From Gemmatimonadota bacterium (GTDB lineage Bacteria > Gemmatimonadota > Gemmatimonadetes > Longimicrobiales > Gaopeijiaceae), in assembly GCA_039589315.1 (NCBI GenBank), contig JBDHHQ010000027.1, positions 1 through 64,000 on the forward strand: 64,000 nucleotides of DNA. The letters are read 5' to 3'. Positions 50,941-60,726 of the stretch are shown here, in pieces. The translations under genes and the position numbers were made by a program. Every line of letters starts with the position of its first letter. Positions within the stretch are counted from its first letter, which is position 1. The notes under the pieces were generated by a model. The model had not been told where the DNA came from and did no database searches. It worked only from the letters and a program-made list of their open reading frames with translations.

Positions 50941-51290
50941 GCAGCGCGGAACGCGTGGGGGAGAAAGCTATCCGGGCATGGGCGCCGTGGGGATGACGGG
51001 TCACCTTGAATGTCCGACCCCGACCGCGCCGCGTCAACGGATTCGTCACGGAGGCACGACGATTTCGTCGCGTAACGGGCCACCGGTGCGGGACGGAGCT
51101 TCCCTCTTCGGGTCCGCTCGAACTGAGGCGGCTCGACCACCAGCTTTCCGCGACACTTCAGGTGGCGGAGCAGGCCGTTCGCCTGCGCGGTCGGGTCGAC
51201 CGCCGAGGGAATGTTGCGAGGGGGCGGTCTCCCTCCCGAGTTTGACTCCCGTATCGGAGTTCCCCGCGCCCTCCCGATCAGGAGCCAGCG

Positions 51291-51734
51291 ATGACCGAAG
51301 CCACCGCAGCACCCGTACCCAGGCCCAGACACCTGCTGGTGATCGGAATCCTCGCCGTGCTCTGGGACAGCATGGGGGCCTTCGACTACGTCATGACCCA
51401 GACGCGGAACGAGGCGTACATGAGCAACTTCACCCCTGAGCAGCTCGAGTTCTTCTACAACTTCCCGAGCTGGCTGGTGTTCTTCTGGGCCATCGCCGTC
51501 TGGGGTGGTCTGGCCGGTGCAGTGCTGCTGCTCATGAGAAAGCGGCTGGCCGTGCCAGTTCTGCTCACGTCGTTCGTGTGCATGGTCGTGACGGCCATCC
51601 ACAACTTCTTCATCGCCAACGGGCTGGAGATCATGGGCACGGGAGGCGCGATCTTCTCGGCAGCCATCTTCCTGATCGCACTGGGGTTGTGGTTGTATGC
51701 CCGGGCCATGGCGGAGAAGGGGGTGCTGGTCTAG
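51291..51734 (+). CDS. Hypothetical 4-TM membrane protein
   Basis: AGGAG RBS. LW..MGAFDY, PSW...WAIAVWGG. Confidence 0.75.
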   Translation: MTEATAAPVPRPRHLLVIGILAVLWDSMGAFDYVMTQTRNEAYMSNFTPEQLEFFYNFPSWLVFFWAIAVWGGLAGAVLLLMRKRLAVPVLLTSFVCMVVTAIHNFFIANGLEIMGTGGAIFSAAIFLIALGLWLYARAMAEKGVLV

Positions 51735-51784
51735 CCGACAGCAGGATGCCGCCTGGGTCGCCTGACAACAGCGCCAACCTGCGG

Positions 51785-53167
51785 CTACCGCTCCACGATC
51801 GCCACTCCGTAGGGATCGTTGCCGACGCCGGTGACGGTGGCGACCACGCTGCGTGACCGAAGGTCGATCACGTACAGGTAGCCGATCTCCTGCGAGAGGG
51901 GCCTGGCAGAGGGTCCGCCGCTGATCACCGCGTACCTCCCGTCGGGCGTGACCGCCGAGCCCTTCGGGCGCGCGGTCCGTCCATCCGCCCGGACGAGCGG
52001 AATGCGCGCGAGCTCCGCGTCGGGCTCACCGGCGAGCGCCGCCTCGAGGTCTACGATCGAGACGTTGTTCGCGCGCACGTTCGGAACGATCACGTGCCGT
52101 CCGTCGGGCGTGACGGTGGCGATCAGCGGATGGGTCTGCTCGGCCGGATCGTCGGTGCCGACGAGGACGCGGGCGACCTCGGCGGCATCGGCACCGGCGG
52201 CCGCCCGGTCGACATCGATGACCGAGAGCGTGTTTCCGGCCGACCCGTCCCGCTGGCTTCCCCCGTTGCTCACGATGATGTGGCGCCCGTCGGGCGTGGC
52301 CGTGATTCCCCACGGGCCGAGCTGGGTCGGGACGCGAGCGATCTCCGCGCTGGGATCGCCTCGCAGCGCACGGGCGACGTCGATGACCGATACGTCATTC
52401 GTTCCGCCGTTGGCGGAGAAGAGATAGGGGTTACCGCTCCCGTCACGACCCAGCGCCAGCCCGTTCGGGTCCGGGAAGCAGCCCCAGCCGGGATCCGGGG
52501 AGAGTACCGACAGATCCCGGGGTGGCCCGTACGGCGGGACGTACGGTACAGGGTAGTCGGGACAGTCGAAGCCGGGGGAGCCGAGGGCCAGCTCCACGGT
52601 GGCGCGCAGGCTGCCGGTCCGTCGGTCGACGAAGGTGATGCGATTGCCGCCGTCTTCGGTCAGGTGGTTCTCGGCGTTGGCGATGGCGAGCAGCTCGGGC
52701 AGGAGCACGATGCCGAGGGCTCCGAAGCCCCCTGAATCCAAATGGCGCCGAAGCGCGTTGGCGGTCCGGTCATTCCGCGGATCGAGCAGGTCGCCCATGT
52801 CGAGGACCGCGATCGCGCCGCGGCCGCCGTGCTGACCGAACTCCGCGTTGTCGATGGCGCCATGGTGATTCACCACGTAGACCGTGCGGCCGTCCTCGCT
52901 CACGACCAGGTTGGCCGGGTCGCCCAGCAGCTGCCCGTCCATCCGGTCCAGCGCCACCTTGCTGCGGCCGACGATCGCGTTCGGCGTGTGGTCGTTGGCC
53001 GGATCGAGCGCGGCCTCGAACGAGATGGCGTACAGGTAGGGGAGTCGCCGCCCCGCCACGAGGACGTGACGACTCTGGCCCACCGCCTCCTGTGCCGAGA
53101 AGGCCGCCGAGAGCACGGCCGCCGCGGCGAGCGTCAGACGTCCGAGCCACGACTGCGGGGAAGCCAT
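51785..53167 (-). CDS. YncE-like beta-propeller protein
   Basis: Signal peptide, repeated TPDGR and VSVID blades, GVGNDPYGV. Confidence 0.8.
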   Translation of the reverse strand: MASPQSWLGRLTLAAAAVLSAAFSAQEAVGQSRHVLVAGRRLPYLYAISFEAALDPANDHTPNAIVGRSKVALDRMDGQLLGDPANLVVSEDGRTVYVVNHHGAIDNAEFGQHGGRGAIAVLDMGDLLDPRNDRTANALRRHLDSGGFGALGIVLLPELLAIANAENHLTEDGGNRITFVDRRTGSLRATVELALGSPGFDCPDYPVPYVPPYGPPRDLSVLSPDPGWGCFPDPNGLALGRDGSGNPYLFSANGGTNDVSVIDVARALRGDPSAEIARVPTQLGPWGITATPDGRHIIVSNGGSQRDGSAGNTLSVIDVDRAAAGADAAEVARVLVGTDDPAEQTHPLIATVTPDGRHVIVPNVRANNVSIVDLEAALAGEPDAELARIPLVRADGRTARPKGSAVTPDGRYAVISGGPSARPLSQEIGYLYVIDLRSRSVVATVTGVGNDPYGVAIVER

Positions 53168-53245
53168 CGGATCACTCCTTCGAGGGGATGGGCGCTAGGG
53201 CAAGTCAGAGCGGACTCAGGTGGTGTAGCCGATCCGGTGCCCGGA

Positions 53246-53331
53246 AGCCAGATACAACCAAACGCAACCAAACGCAGAAGACCTGTGGAAACTCCAAGAC
53301 CGGCGTCCGAAAGCCGACGGTACCCACCCCG
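53246..53331 (+). mobile_element. tRNA-Ser 3'-half repeat, copy 7 (degenerate)
   Basis: AGCCAGATACAACCAAACGCAACCAAACGCAGAAGACCTGTGGAAACTCCAAGACCGGCGTCCGAAAG...CCCACCCC. Confidence 0.75.
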
Positions 53332-53364
53332 CGTTGCTCGGCCCGTTGACCAACGACGCAGTCC

Positions 53365-55938
53365 TCAAATCCACGCAGCCGGAAACACCTCATTGTAGCG
53401 CTGGATCGCGTCGGCGGTGCCGCAGATGTAGACGCTGTCGTCCGAGGTGAGCCGGAAGGAAGCGGGGAAGGACATGATCACGTCGCCGTCCCGCTCGACC
53501 GCTACGACCGTGCAGCCCGTGCGCTCCCGGATCCGCTCGGACAGCGGGTGCTTGCCGACCAGGCGGCCCGCTTCCACCCGGGTCAGCTTGATGCGGGGCT
53601 GTAGCGAGACGGTCTCGTCCAAGACGTGGTGGGCGAGGAGCTGGCCCGCGACCTGGCTCACCGACACGGCGAAGTCTGCGCCCGCACGTTGGATCTGGGC
53701 GACGTTGTCCGGCACCGCGGCGCCGGCAATGATCGGCAGGTCGGGTGAATGCTGGCGCAGGACCGTCGCCGCCACGACGGTCGCGCCGACCGTCTCCAGT
53801 GCCAAGATCGCGACGCGCGCCTCGGCAAGGGGAATCTGAGCGAGCACCTCCGGATCGGACAGGTCGCCGACTACATCGACGTTCGGCCCCTCTTGTGCGT
53901 CCACCACGCACAGGTGCTCGTCCACGGCCGACAGGATCTCCACGAGCTTCTGACCTAGCTCACCCGTCCCGATCACGACGATCACGCCCTCGTCCCTGAT
54001 CGGTCGGGCCATCTCGTTGAGACGCTCGATGCTCTCCGGCGTGCCGGCCGCGACGAGGATCGTGCCCGCTGCGATGGTCTCGCCGGGCCCCGGGGGCAGG
54101 TGGAGCTGACCCTCGCGCCACCGCCCGACGACGTTGGCACCGGTGCGCGTGCGCAGCTCGACCTCGGCGAGGGACCTGTCGGCCAGGGGGCTTCCGTCGT
54201 GTACACGCAGCTCCGCCACTTCGAGCTGACGACTGAGTGGCCGGAAGCCCGTGACCCGGGGACTGATCCTCGCGCTGGCGCGGGAGCTCAAGACCGCCGC
54301 CAGGACGTGGTACGGTGCGAACGTCACGTTCGCGCCCGCCGAGCGCAGTGGGGAGCGGAGGCGGGGGTCCGTGATCATCGCGACGATCGGCCCCTCGAAG
54401 CCGGCCTCACGTGCCCCCAGCGTCACCAGGACGTTGCTGTCGTCGTTGCCGTTGAGGACCAGAGCACGGGCGTGGGCAAGCGGAGCCAGGTCGACTTCCT
54501 GCTCGGAGAGCCGCGCGTGGACGACGTGATGTCCGCGCTCATATAGGCGACGCGCGACCGCCTCGTCCTCCTCGATCAGCAGGTACCGCATGCCCCGGCG
54601 CTCCAGCTCTTCCAGGAGCGAATCGACCGCCGGCCCGTGGCCATACAGAACGACCGCGTCGCTGACCTTCGGCAGCGTGAAGGGACCTCGCGCCTCTTGT
54701 AGCCCGCTGGGCAGGCCGTCCTCGCCGAACTTGTTGGGGAGGAGAACTCCCACGCGCGCGCCGGCTTCCAGAGGCGTCGCTCGACCCTCGAGCAGTATCG
54801 CGCAGCCCTTCAGGCCAAGTGGCGTGAACAGGTTGAGGAGGAAGGCCGTGAAGATGAGGACGGAGAAGACGGCGGGCTCGATCGAGCCCTGGGCGAGCGC
54901 CAAAGAAGCGAGGATGAACGCCAGCTCGGCGCGTCCACACATGCCCACGCCCACGGTCAGAGCCTCGAACCCGGGCAGCCCCATGCGAAGCGCCATGCTC
55001 CCCGCGCTCACGATCTGACCCACGATCACGGCCGTGGTCAGGATCAAGAGGAAGGCGACGCCGGACCCGCTGATGTCGAACGTGATCGAGAAGCCGAGCG
55101 AGATGAAGAAGATGGGCCCCAGGAACGAGTACGCGATTCCGTACGAGCGATCCGCAACCACCCTCACGAGATTCGGGTGCGCCACCTTCTCTTCGAAGAA
55201 CAGGCCGGCCATGTAGGCGCCCAGGATCACGTGCAGCCCGATCGCCTCGGCGAAGAGGCCCGCCGCCAAGGCGACCAGAAGCACGAAGGTGAATCCCTTT
55301 CCACCCTCTGAGCGGAAGGGCAGGGTCAGGCTCGGATACACATAGCGGCCGAGCACGAACGCGAGGCCGAAGAACATCGTCACCTTGAGCAGGGTGACCA
55401 CGATGTTGAGCGGCTCGAAGGAGCCGCCCGAGAGCACGCCCACGATCAGCCCGAAGAAGACCAGCGTCAGCAGGTCGTCGATCACGCAGGACGCCACGAC
55501 CACTCTGGCCACGCGCGTGTCGGCCAGCCCGAGATCTTTGAGCGTCTTGAGGGTGATCACCACGGCCGTTGCCGTCATGGTCAGGCCCACGAACGTTGCG
55601 CCGACCGGGTCGAGGCCGAACGCGGTGGCGACACCGAAGCTGACGCTGAACGGCACGATCGCACCAACCACCGCCACGCCGAGCGAGCGCTTCAGCGCGT
55701 CGAAGAACTCTCCGGGCTGCGTCTCCACGCCGGCGTGGAACATCAGGAAGAAGATCCCGATCTCGGCCAGGAGCGTCACCGCCTCGGAGGGCTCGATCCA
55801 ACCGAGCACGGCCGGGCCCACCAACACGCCGACGATGAGCTCGCCCATGATCGTGGGTAGCCCGAGCGGCCGGAGAGTGACCGCGACGATCCAGATGCCG
55901 GCCAGGAGGATCAGCAGGTCGACGGCGATTTCGTGCAT
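53365..55938 (-). CDS. CPA2 cation:proton antiporter with two TrkA-N/TrkA-C (RCK) pairs
   Basis: GELIVGVLVGP, VIDD, PIFF..LG, GMCGRAE, two Rossmann-like and two TrkA-C domains. Confidence 0.88.
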   Translation of the reverse strand: MHEIAVDLLILLAGIWIVAVTLRPLGLPTIMGELIVGVLVGPAVLGWIEPSEAVTLLAEIGIFFLMFHAGVETQPGEFFDALKRSLGVAVVGAIVPFSVSFGVATAFGLDPVGATFVGLTMTATAVVITLKTLKDLGLADTRVARVVVASCVIDDLLTLVFFGLIVGVLSGGSFEPLNIVVTLLKVTMFFGLAFVLGRYVYPSLTLPFRSEGGKGFTFVLLVALAAGLFAEAIGLHVILGAYMAGLFFEEKVAHPNLVRVVADRSYGIAYSFLGPIFFISLGFSITFDISGSGVAFLLILTTAVIVGQIVSAGSMALRMGLPGFEALTVGVGMCGRAELAFILASLALAQGSIEPAVFSVLIFTAFLLNLFTPLGLKGCAILLEGRATPLEAGARVGVLLPNKFGEDGLPSGLQEARGPFTLPKVSDAVVLYGHGPAVDSLLEELERRGMRYLLIEEDEAVARRLYERGHHVVHARLSEQEVDLAPLAHARALVLNGNDDSNVLVTLGAREAGFEGPIVAMITDPRLRSPLRSAGANVTFAPYHVLAAVLSSRASARISPRVTGFRPLSRQLEVAELRVHDGSPLADRSLAEVELRTRTGANVVGRWREGQLHLPPGPGETIAAGTILVAAGTPESIERLNEMARPIRDEGVIVVIGTGELGQKLVEILSAVDEHLCVVDAQEGPNVDVVGDLSDPEVLAQIPLAEARVAILALETVGATVVAATVLRQHSPDLPIIAGAAVPDNVAQIQRAGADFAVSVSQVAGQLLAHHVLDETVSLQPRIKLTRVEAGRLVGKHPLSERIRERTGCTVVAVERDGDVIMSFPASFRLTSDDSVYICGTADAIQRYNEVFPAAWI

Positions 55939-56022
55939 GGGCACAACCTAGCTTGGGCCAGGCCGGAGATCGATCGGCGGCCGCCGACTTTCGGGCGCCT
56001 GCGAGCGTGAGAGGGTCCGGGC

Positions 56023-58056
56023 CTACACGTCCATCGTCTTCGAGTAGTCCGCCCCTACGACGCCCTTCCTGCACGCGGCGCCCGCCAGGAACTCGGCGGC
56101 CATCCTGGCCTGGACACCGAGGGCTTCGTCCAGTGGCACACCGCCGGCTGCGTGCACGCAGTCCATGATGGCCGCACGGGCGACCTCCATGGCCGGGCTG
56201 TCCGCTTCGGGCAGGTCGGCGACGTCACTGGGGATATCCGAGAGCGGGCCTTCCTCGAGGGGGCGGCGCGCGAGCCTCTGCCCTCCGTTCGAGGCAACGC
56301 TCCACGCCATCTGGATCGCCTCCTGCAGGGGCGCTGCGTCATCGATGAGCCAACCCACCGCCTGGGTGGCCCTGACCGGCGAGCCGGTGAGGAGCAGTCT
56401 CAGCACCTTCGGCCAATCGTCCTGCGCGGCCTTGCGGAGCGCCCAATGGCACCCCTCCATCCCGGGAACCACGGGCAGCGTGACCTCGGGGAAGCCGAAG
56501 CGGGTGTCGTCTGCCGCCACGACGTAATGGCAGTGGAGGAGCAGCTCCAGCATGCCCCCGAGGCAGCGTTTCCCGTTCACCAACGCCACCGACACCCGGA
56601 AGTCGTCGTTCAAGCGGCGGGCGGTGCGTGACCACCCGTTCGTGATGGCCAGACCGGCCTCGACGTCCTCCAGCGCCTCGATGCCCTCGGCTTTCAGCCA
56701 GTCCAAGGCGCGGTTGAGCTCGGCGTCCACGTCCCAGTTGTAGCTCTCACGGCCGAGCGTCAAGACGCTCACATCACCGTCGTGCTCCGCGTTGACGTAA
56801 AGCTGCATCCAATCCACGCTGTCCATGGTCCCCATGGCATCAGGGGTCCAGGCGGCCTCCGCCGCGGCCGGATGGAGCGCGTGGTAGGCCTCGACGGTGG
56901 CTACGACCCCGTCCGGACCCCTCTCGCGCATCATGGCCAGGATGCCTCGCCGGAACTGCGCGCACAGCTCGCCGATCGCGTTCATGTGCGCCAGGTGCCC
57001 ACGTTCCTGGTCGAGCATGAGGCTCGTCATCTGGAAGAGGGGGCCGAGGATCCACGCCTCGAACTCTTCCCACTCGTCCTCACTGAGCCTCCAATCGACC
57101 AGCGGACGGAAGTGGTTCGGCGGATACCAGTCCTGTCCAGTGTCCTTCCGCTCTACCAGGTCCGGCGTCGGCGTGAACAGCTCGCCGTGCATTCCGGCGA
57201 GGTGGTGTAGGCAGGACCAGGTCAGGAAGTCGGCTCCCTTGGCGCCGATGGCGTCGTGGGCCCGGAAGGGGTTCGGTCCCACCAGCTTCCGTATGAGCTT
57301 GTCGATCTTCCAGTAGGGCATGTTGCTGGCTCGGTGATACCGGAGGCCTGCCAGCGTCACGCCGCAGAACAGCACGTCGAGGATGAACGACCAGTTGTCG
57401 CTGACGGGGAGGGGAATGAGCCCCAGCGACCACAGGAGCTTGGTGATGTCGGACGGCTCCTCCTCCACGATCTCCCAGATCTTGTTGATCTCGTGGGGGA
57501 ACGCGGGGTGCGCGATCCCGACGCCCAACTCCGAGCTGGGGAAGCCCGACGTCACCGACCGGATCTCGATGTCGGGGAAGCGCGCCCGGAAGATCTCGTA
57601 GTGGGCCTTCTTGACTTCCAGGATCTCCGGAATCGCCTCCAGAAGGAAGCGCGGACGGAGGGCATCCAGCTCCGACGGAAGCGTCCGGCCGTCATACGTC
57701 AAGCGCACGATGTTGGCCATGATCCGGTCCGCGCCGTCCTTGCCGAAGGCGCGAACGAGTCCGGAATACTGGCGGCCGATGCCGTCCGGCGCTCCGGGGA
57801 AGTCCAGCGCCACGATGGGGACGCCGTACTCCGCCAGCCGGGACCCGAGCTGCATGGTCTTGCCCGCGCCTACGATGCCGTTGGCCCCGGAGATGACCAG
57901 GCAGCCCCTGGAGCCCTCGGGCCCGAAGACGCGATCTACGAGGGTGCCGGCATCGACCGGAAACGCCCCGTTCTTGAAGATGTCCAGGACGCTGCCCAGG
58001 CCCATCGTGTCGAGGGTGGGGCGCCTCAGGGACTTCACTGCCGTCGCGATTGCCAT
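56023..58056 (-). CDS. 3-hydroxyacyl-CoA dehydrogenase / enoyl-CoA hydratase-like fusion
   Basis: SGANGIVG, LLEAIPEILEVKK, TSG, HP. C-terminal crotonase motifs CLGGMLEL and FGFPEV..PG. Confidence 0.78.
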   Translation of the reverse strand: MAIATAVKSLRRPTLDTMGLGSVLDIFKNGAFPVDAGTLVDRVFGPEGSRGCLVISGANGIVGAGKTMQLGSRLAEYGVPIVALDFPGAPDGIGRQYSGLVRAFGKDGADRIMANIVRLTYDGRTLPSELDALRPRFLLEAIPEILEVKKAHYEIFRARFPDIEIRSVTSGFPSSELGVGIAHPAFPHEINKIWEIVEEEPSDITKLLWSLGLIPLPVSDNWSFILDVLFCGVTLAGLRYHRASNMPYWKIDKLIRKLVGPNPFRAHDAIGAKGADFLTWSCLHHLAGMHGELFTPTPDLVERKDTGQDWYPPNHFRPLVDWRLSEDEWEEFEAWILGPLFQMTSLMLDQERGHLAHMNAIGELCAQFRRGILAMMRERGPDGVVATVEAYHALHPAAAEAAWTPDAMGTMDSVDWMQLYVNAEHDGDVSVLTLGRESYNWDVDAELNRALDWLKAEGIEALEDVEAGLAITNGWSRTARRLNDDFRVSVALVNGKRCLGGMLELLLHCHYVVAADDTRFGFPEVTLPVVPGMEGCHWALRKAAQDDWPKVLRLLLTGSPVRATQAVGWLIDDAAPLQEAIQMAWSVASNGGQRLARRPLEEGPLSDIPSDVADLPEADSPAMEVARAAIMDCVHAAGGVPLDEALGVQARMAAEFLAGAACRKGVVGADYSKTMDV

Positions 58057-58070
58057 GTATCAGAGACTCT

Positions 58071-59270
58071 CTACGTGACCTGGAACAGGGCTGCGATACC
58101 GATGTCACCGGCGGCACACCCGAAGATGAGCACATAGCCGCCGCCCAGATCGACGGCTTCTTCCAGGGCCTCGATGAGGCTCCGGGTGAGGGTCGGGCCC
58201 TGCGGGTGACCCCACACCAGCGAGCAGCCGGTGTTGTTCATCTTCCGCCAGTCATATCCGGTCTGCTTGGCGAACACGACGTCGTTCACGGCGAAGGGAT
58301 TGTGGTTCTTCACCACCGCGACGTCGTCCAAAGACATGCCCAGACGGCTCATCAGCTTTTTCACGGCGAGGCCGGGCGCCTCGGGCATGAAGCTCGGCTC
58401 CGCGCGTGTCTCGGCTTTGCCCACGAAGCGGATGTCGATCTCGGGCCGGGGGCTGAGCTCCCTCGCCTTCTCGGCGGTGGTCACCAGCAGCGTCGCCATG
58501 CCGTCCGAGGCATGGGTCTGGGTACCGCTGGTGACGCAGGTGTCGAGCTCGCGTTGGGCGGCGAGGGACGCTCGGCTGATCTGCCGCACGCCCTTGTCTT
58601 CGTCGATGCGGCCCAGAGGCCGGCCCTGCACGTTGAGGATGTCCAGCGGGACCACCACTCGGTCCAGGAATCCCGAGTCCTTGGCCTCGAAGTACTGCTG
58701 GTACCGGAGGTAAGCCACGTCGTCGGTCTCCGTGCGATCGGCCCCGAACTTCCGGGCGGTCATGCCAGCCGCGGTGATCATCGCCCTACCGGTGGCCGGG
58801 TCGAAGCCGAAGTTGTCCCACACGTCGGCGATGGCCTGGGTGCGCTCGTGGGCACGGCGCTCCGGAAAGACGCCCACCGGCGAGTCGCTGGTCCGATCGA
58901 AAGTGAGCACCCCCACCACGTCGTTGGCGCCGGAGTGGACCTCCGCACCGGCCACCAGCGTGGCCTGGAGTCCCGTAGCGCACGCCTGCTCGACGTGGAA
59001 TCCCGGGATCCGGTGCCCCATGCAGCTCGCCACGAGCGGCGCCGTCCAGAACTTCCAGTGCCACGGGATCGTGGAGCCCAGGACGAGGTACTCCAACTCG
59101 CTCAGGGGGACCGACCGAAGGCCCATGATTCGGGCCATGGACTCACCGGCGAACTGACCGATGTTCACTTCGGCCAGCACCGAAGTCTGCCAGGCTGGGA
59201 AGTAGCTGGTTCCCCACGTCCCGTACGGGATGCGGGCATCGGGGAAGAGGCTACGGTCGCGCGTGTTCAT
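58071..59270 (-). CDS. Thiolase-family protein
   Basis: EQACATG, SDGMA, NHNPFA, GHPQG, GCAAG. Confidence 0.85.
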   Translation of the reverse strand: MNTRDRSLFPDARIPYGTWGTSYFPAWQTSVLAEVNIGQFAGESMARIMGLRSVPLSELEYLVLGSTIPWHWKFWTAPLVASCMGHRIPGFHVEQACATGLQATLVAGAEVHSGANDVVGVLTFDRTSDSPVGVFPERRAHERTQAIADVWDNFGFDPATGRAMITAAGMTARKFGADRTETDDVAYLRYQQYFEAKDSGFLDRVVVPLDILNVQGRPLGRIDEDKGVRQISRASLAAQRELDTCVTSGTQTHASDGMATLLVTTAEKARELSPRPEIDIRFVGKAETRAEPSFMPEAPGLAVKKLMSRLGMSLDDVAVVKNHNPFAVNDVVFAKQTGYDWRKMNNTGCSLVWGHPQGPTLTRSLIEALEEAVDLGGGYVLIFGCAAGDIGIAALFQVT

Positions 59271-59564
59271 ACGTGGAGAGGCTCTCTCGCTCGTGGAACC
59301 CGGGGGCGGGAAACGCGCCGCGACGGGAGGATGAATGAAAGCTATCTCAGGCGTAGCGGCCAGCAAGACCCGTGGGCGTCCACCGAGTACGCGCAGGGGC
59401 GGCTGGAGCCCGGCGTCTGGGAGCTCGTCCATGCGGCCCCCTGTCTTCGAACCTTGAGGCAGCCCTGCTGGCTCAGACGTCGGGTCCGATTACTGGTCGC
59501 GCACACAGAATCGTGAGAGGTTGGGCCGATTCGAGCATCGCGGCAGAATGAAGAACCGCAGAAC

Positions 59565-59642
59565 CGCGACCAGACGCAGAAGACCTGAGGGAACTTGAAA
59601 GCCGGCGTCCGAAAGGTCACGTGGGTTCGAATCCCACCCCCT
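59565..59642 (+). mobile_element. tRNA-Ser 3'-half repeat, copy 8
   Basis: ACCAGACGCAGAAGACCTGAGGGAACTTGAAAGCCGGCGTCCGAAAGGTCACGTGGGTTCGAATCCCACCCCCT. Confidence 0.85.
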
Positions 59643-60028
59643 AGGCATGCCATTCAAGACAACGATTCCCGGGGGATGGCCGGGTGATCGTGGACATGGT
59701 CCTCGGTACCCTTGCCAACGGATCTCCCGCCGCTCAGCCATATCCTAGCTTTGGTACGTCATCACCTCGCAGCTCCTCCGCTCCGGGGGTCGTCAACCGT
59801 GGGGGGGTAGGGCCGACATCGTAGCAATGCGGACCTCGTGATCCCGTTGGGTCCTTCGGACGAGGAATGATCCGTGGATCTTCGGACCCGGCGTCGGGTA
59901 GTGTCTCTTCCAGGTTGACAATGCCTCAAGAGAACCTGGACCGTCCCCCACCGACTACGTCGTGTCCTTCCGAGCGACGTTCCGGTGCCCGCCGGGGTCG
60001 GACACATCCACTGAAACGCCCGGATCAC

Positions 60029-60385
60029 GTGAGCCCGATCTCCACAGGCAAGCCCCGACCCGACGAGACGACCTGGGACGTGGACGAGGTGTCCGTCCTG
60101 GCCCGGGCGTTGACCGATCCCACCCGGTTGCGAGTCCTGGGTATGCTGGCGGGAGGCGAGCGATGCGTGCGTCAGCTCACCGAGGCGCTGTCCGTCGCGC
60201 AATCCCGTCTCTCGTATCACCTGCAGATCCTGAAGGACCTCGGAGTCATCGCGGACCAGCCGGAAGGGCGCTGCGTCTACTACGCCCTGGTCCCGGAAGC
60301 TCTTTCCCCGCTCAGCGACATGATCGGACGCGTCGCGCACCGATGGGACAACGTCGGGCAGAATCGGCCGCCTGGAAGGTGCTGA
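60029..60385 (+). CDS. ArsR/SmtB-family repressor (start uncertain)
   Basis: ALTDPTRLRVL, GERCV, QSRLSYHLQIL, GRCVYY. Confidence 0.85.
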   Translation: MSPISTGKPRPDETTWDVDEVSVLARALTDPTRLRVLGMLAGGERCVRQLTEALSVAQSRLSYHLQILKDLGVIADQPEGRCVYYALVPEALSPLSDMIGRVAHRWDNVGQNRPPGRC

Positions 60386-60652
60386 GTCCGCGCATGGGGC
60401 TACACCCTTCACCTATCTCACGCCCCGTACCCGACCCGCTCCACTGAGCCACCCACTCGGCTGATCCGCCGAACCGATCCCGGCAATGTCTCGCGTCAGC
60501 CTGCCAGGGCCACACCCCGAGATGGGGGACACCGTGCCATTGTCGGTGGGCCCGACGCCCGATCCCCCGATCCCTTGTTCCTTAGGGTCGATCCCTACAC
60601 GCCAACGCGGAGACTCCCCGACAGACGTCCCGCGGCACTCCCGACGGCCGCC

Positions 60653-60670
60653 TATCAAGACAACTTGATA
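60653..60670. promoter_or_regulatory. ArsR-type operator palindrome
   Basis: TATCAAG-acaa-CTTGATA (ATCAA-N6-TTGAT), 56 bp upstream of the Fe-S subunit gene. Confidence 0.65.
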
Positions 60671-60726
60671 GGTTAGGCATAACCGTTTCCTGACATTCAC
60701 CCGCTCGGAGTCAGGGGGACGAGGAC

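Noticed and set aside
59670..59742. IS200 TnpA remnant (TEDHVH in one minus-strand frame)
   Set aside because: The match is only a few residues, with no further alignable sequence.
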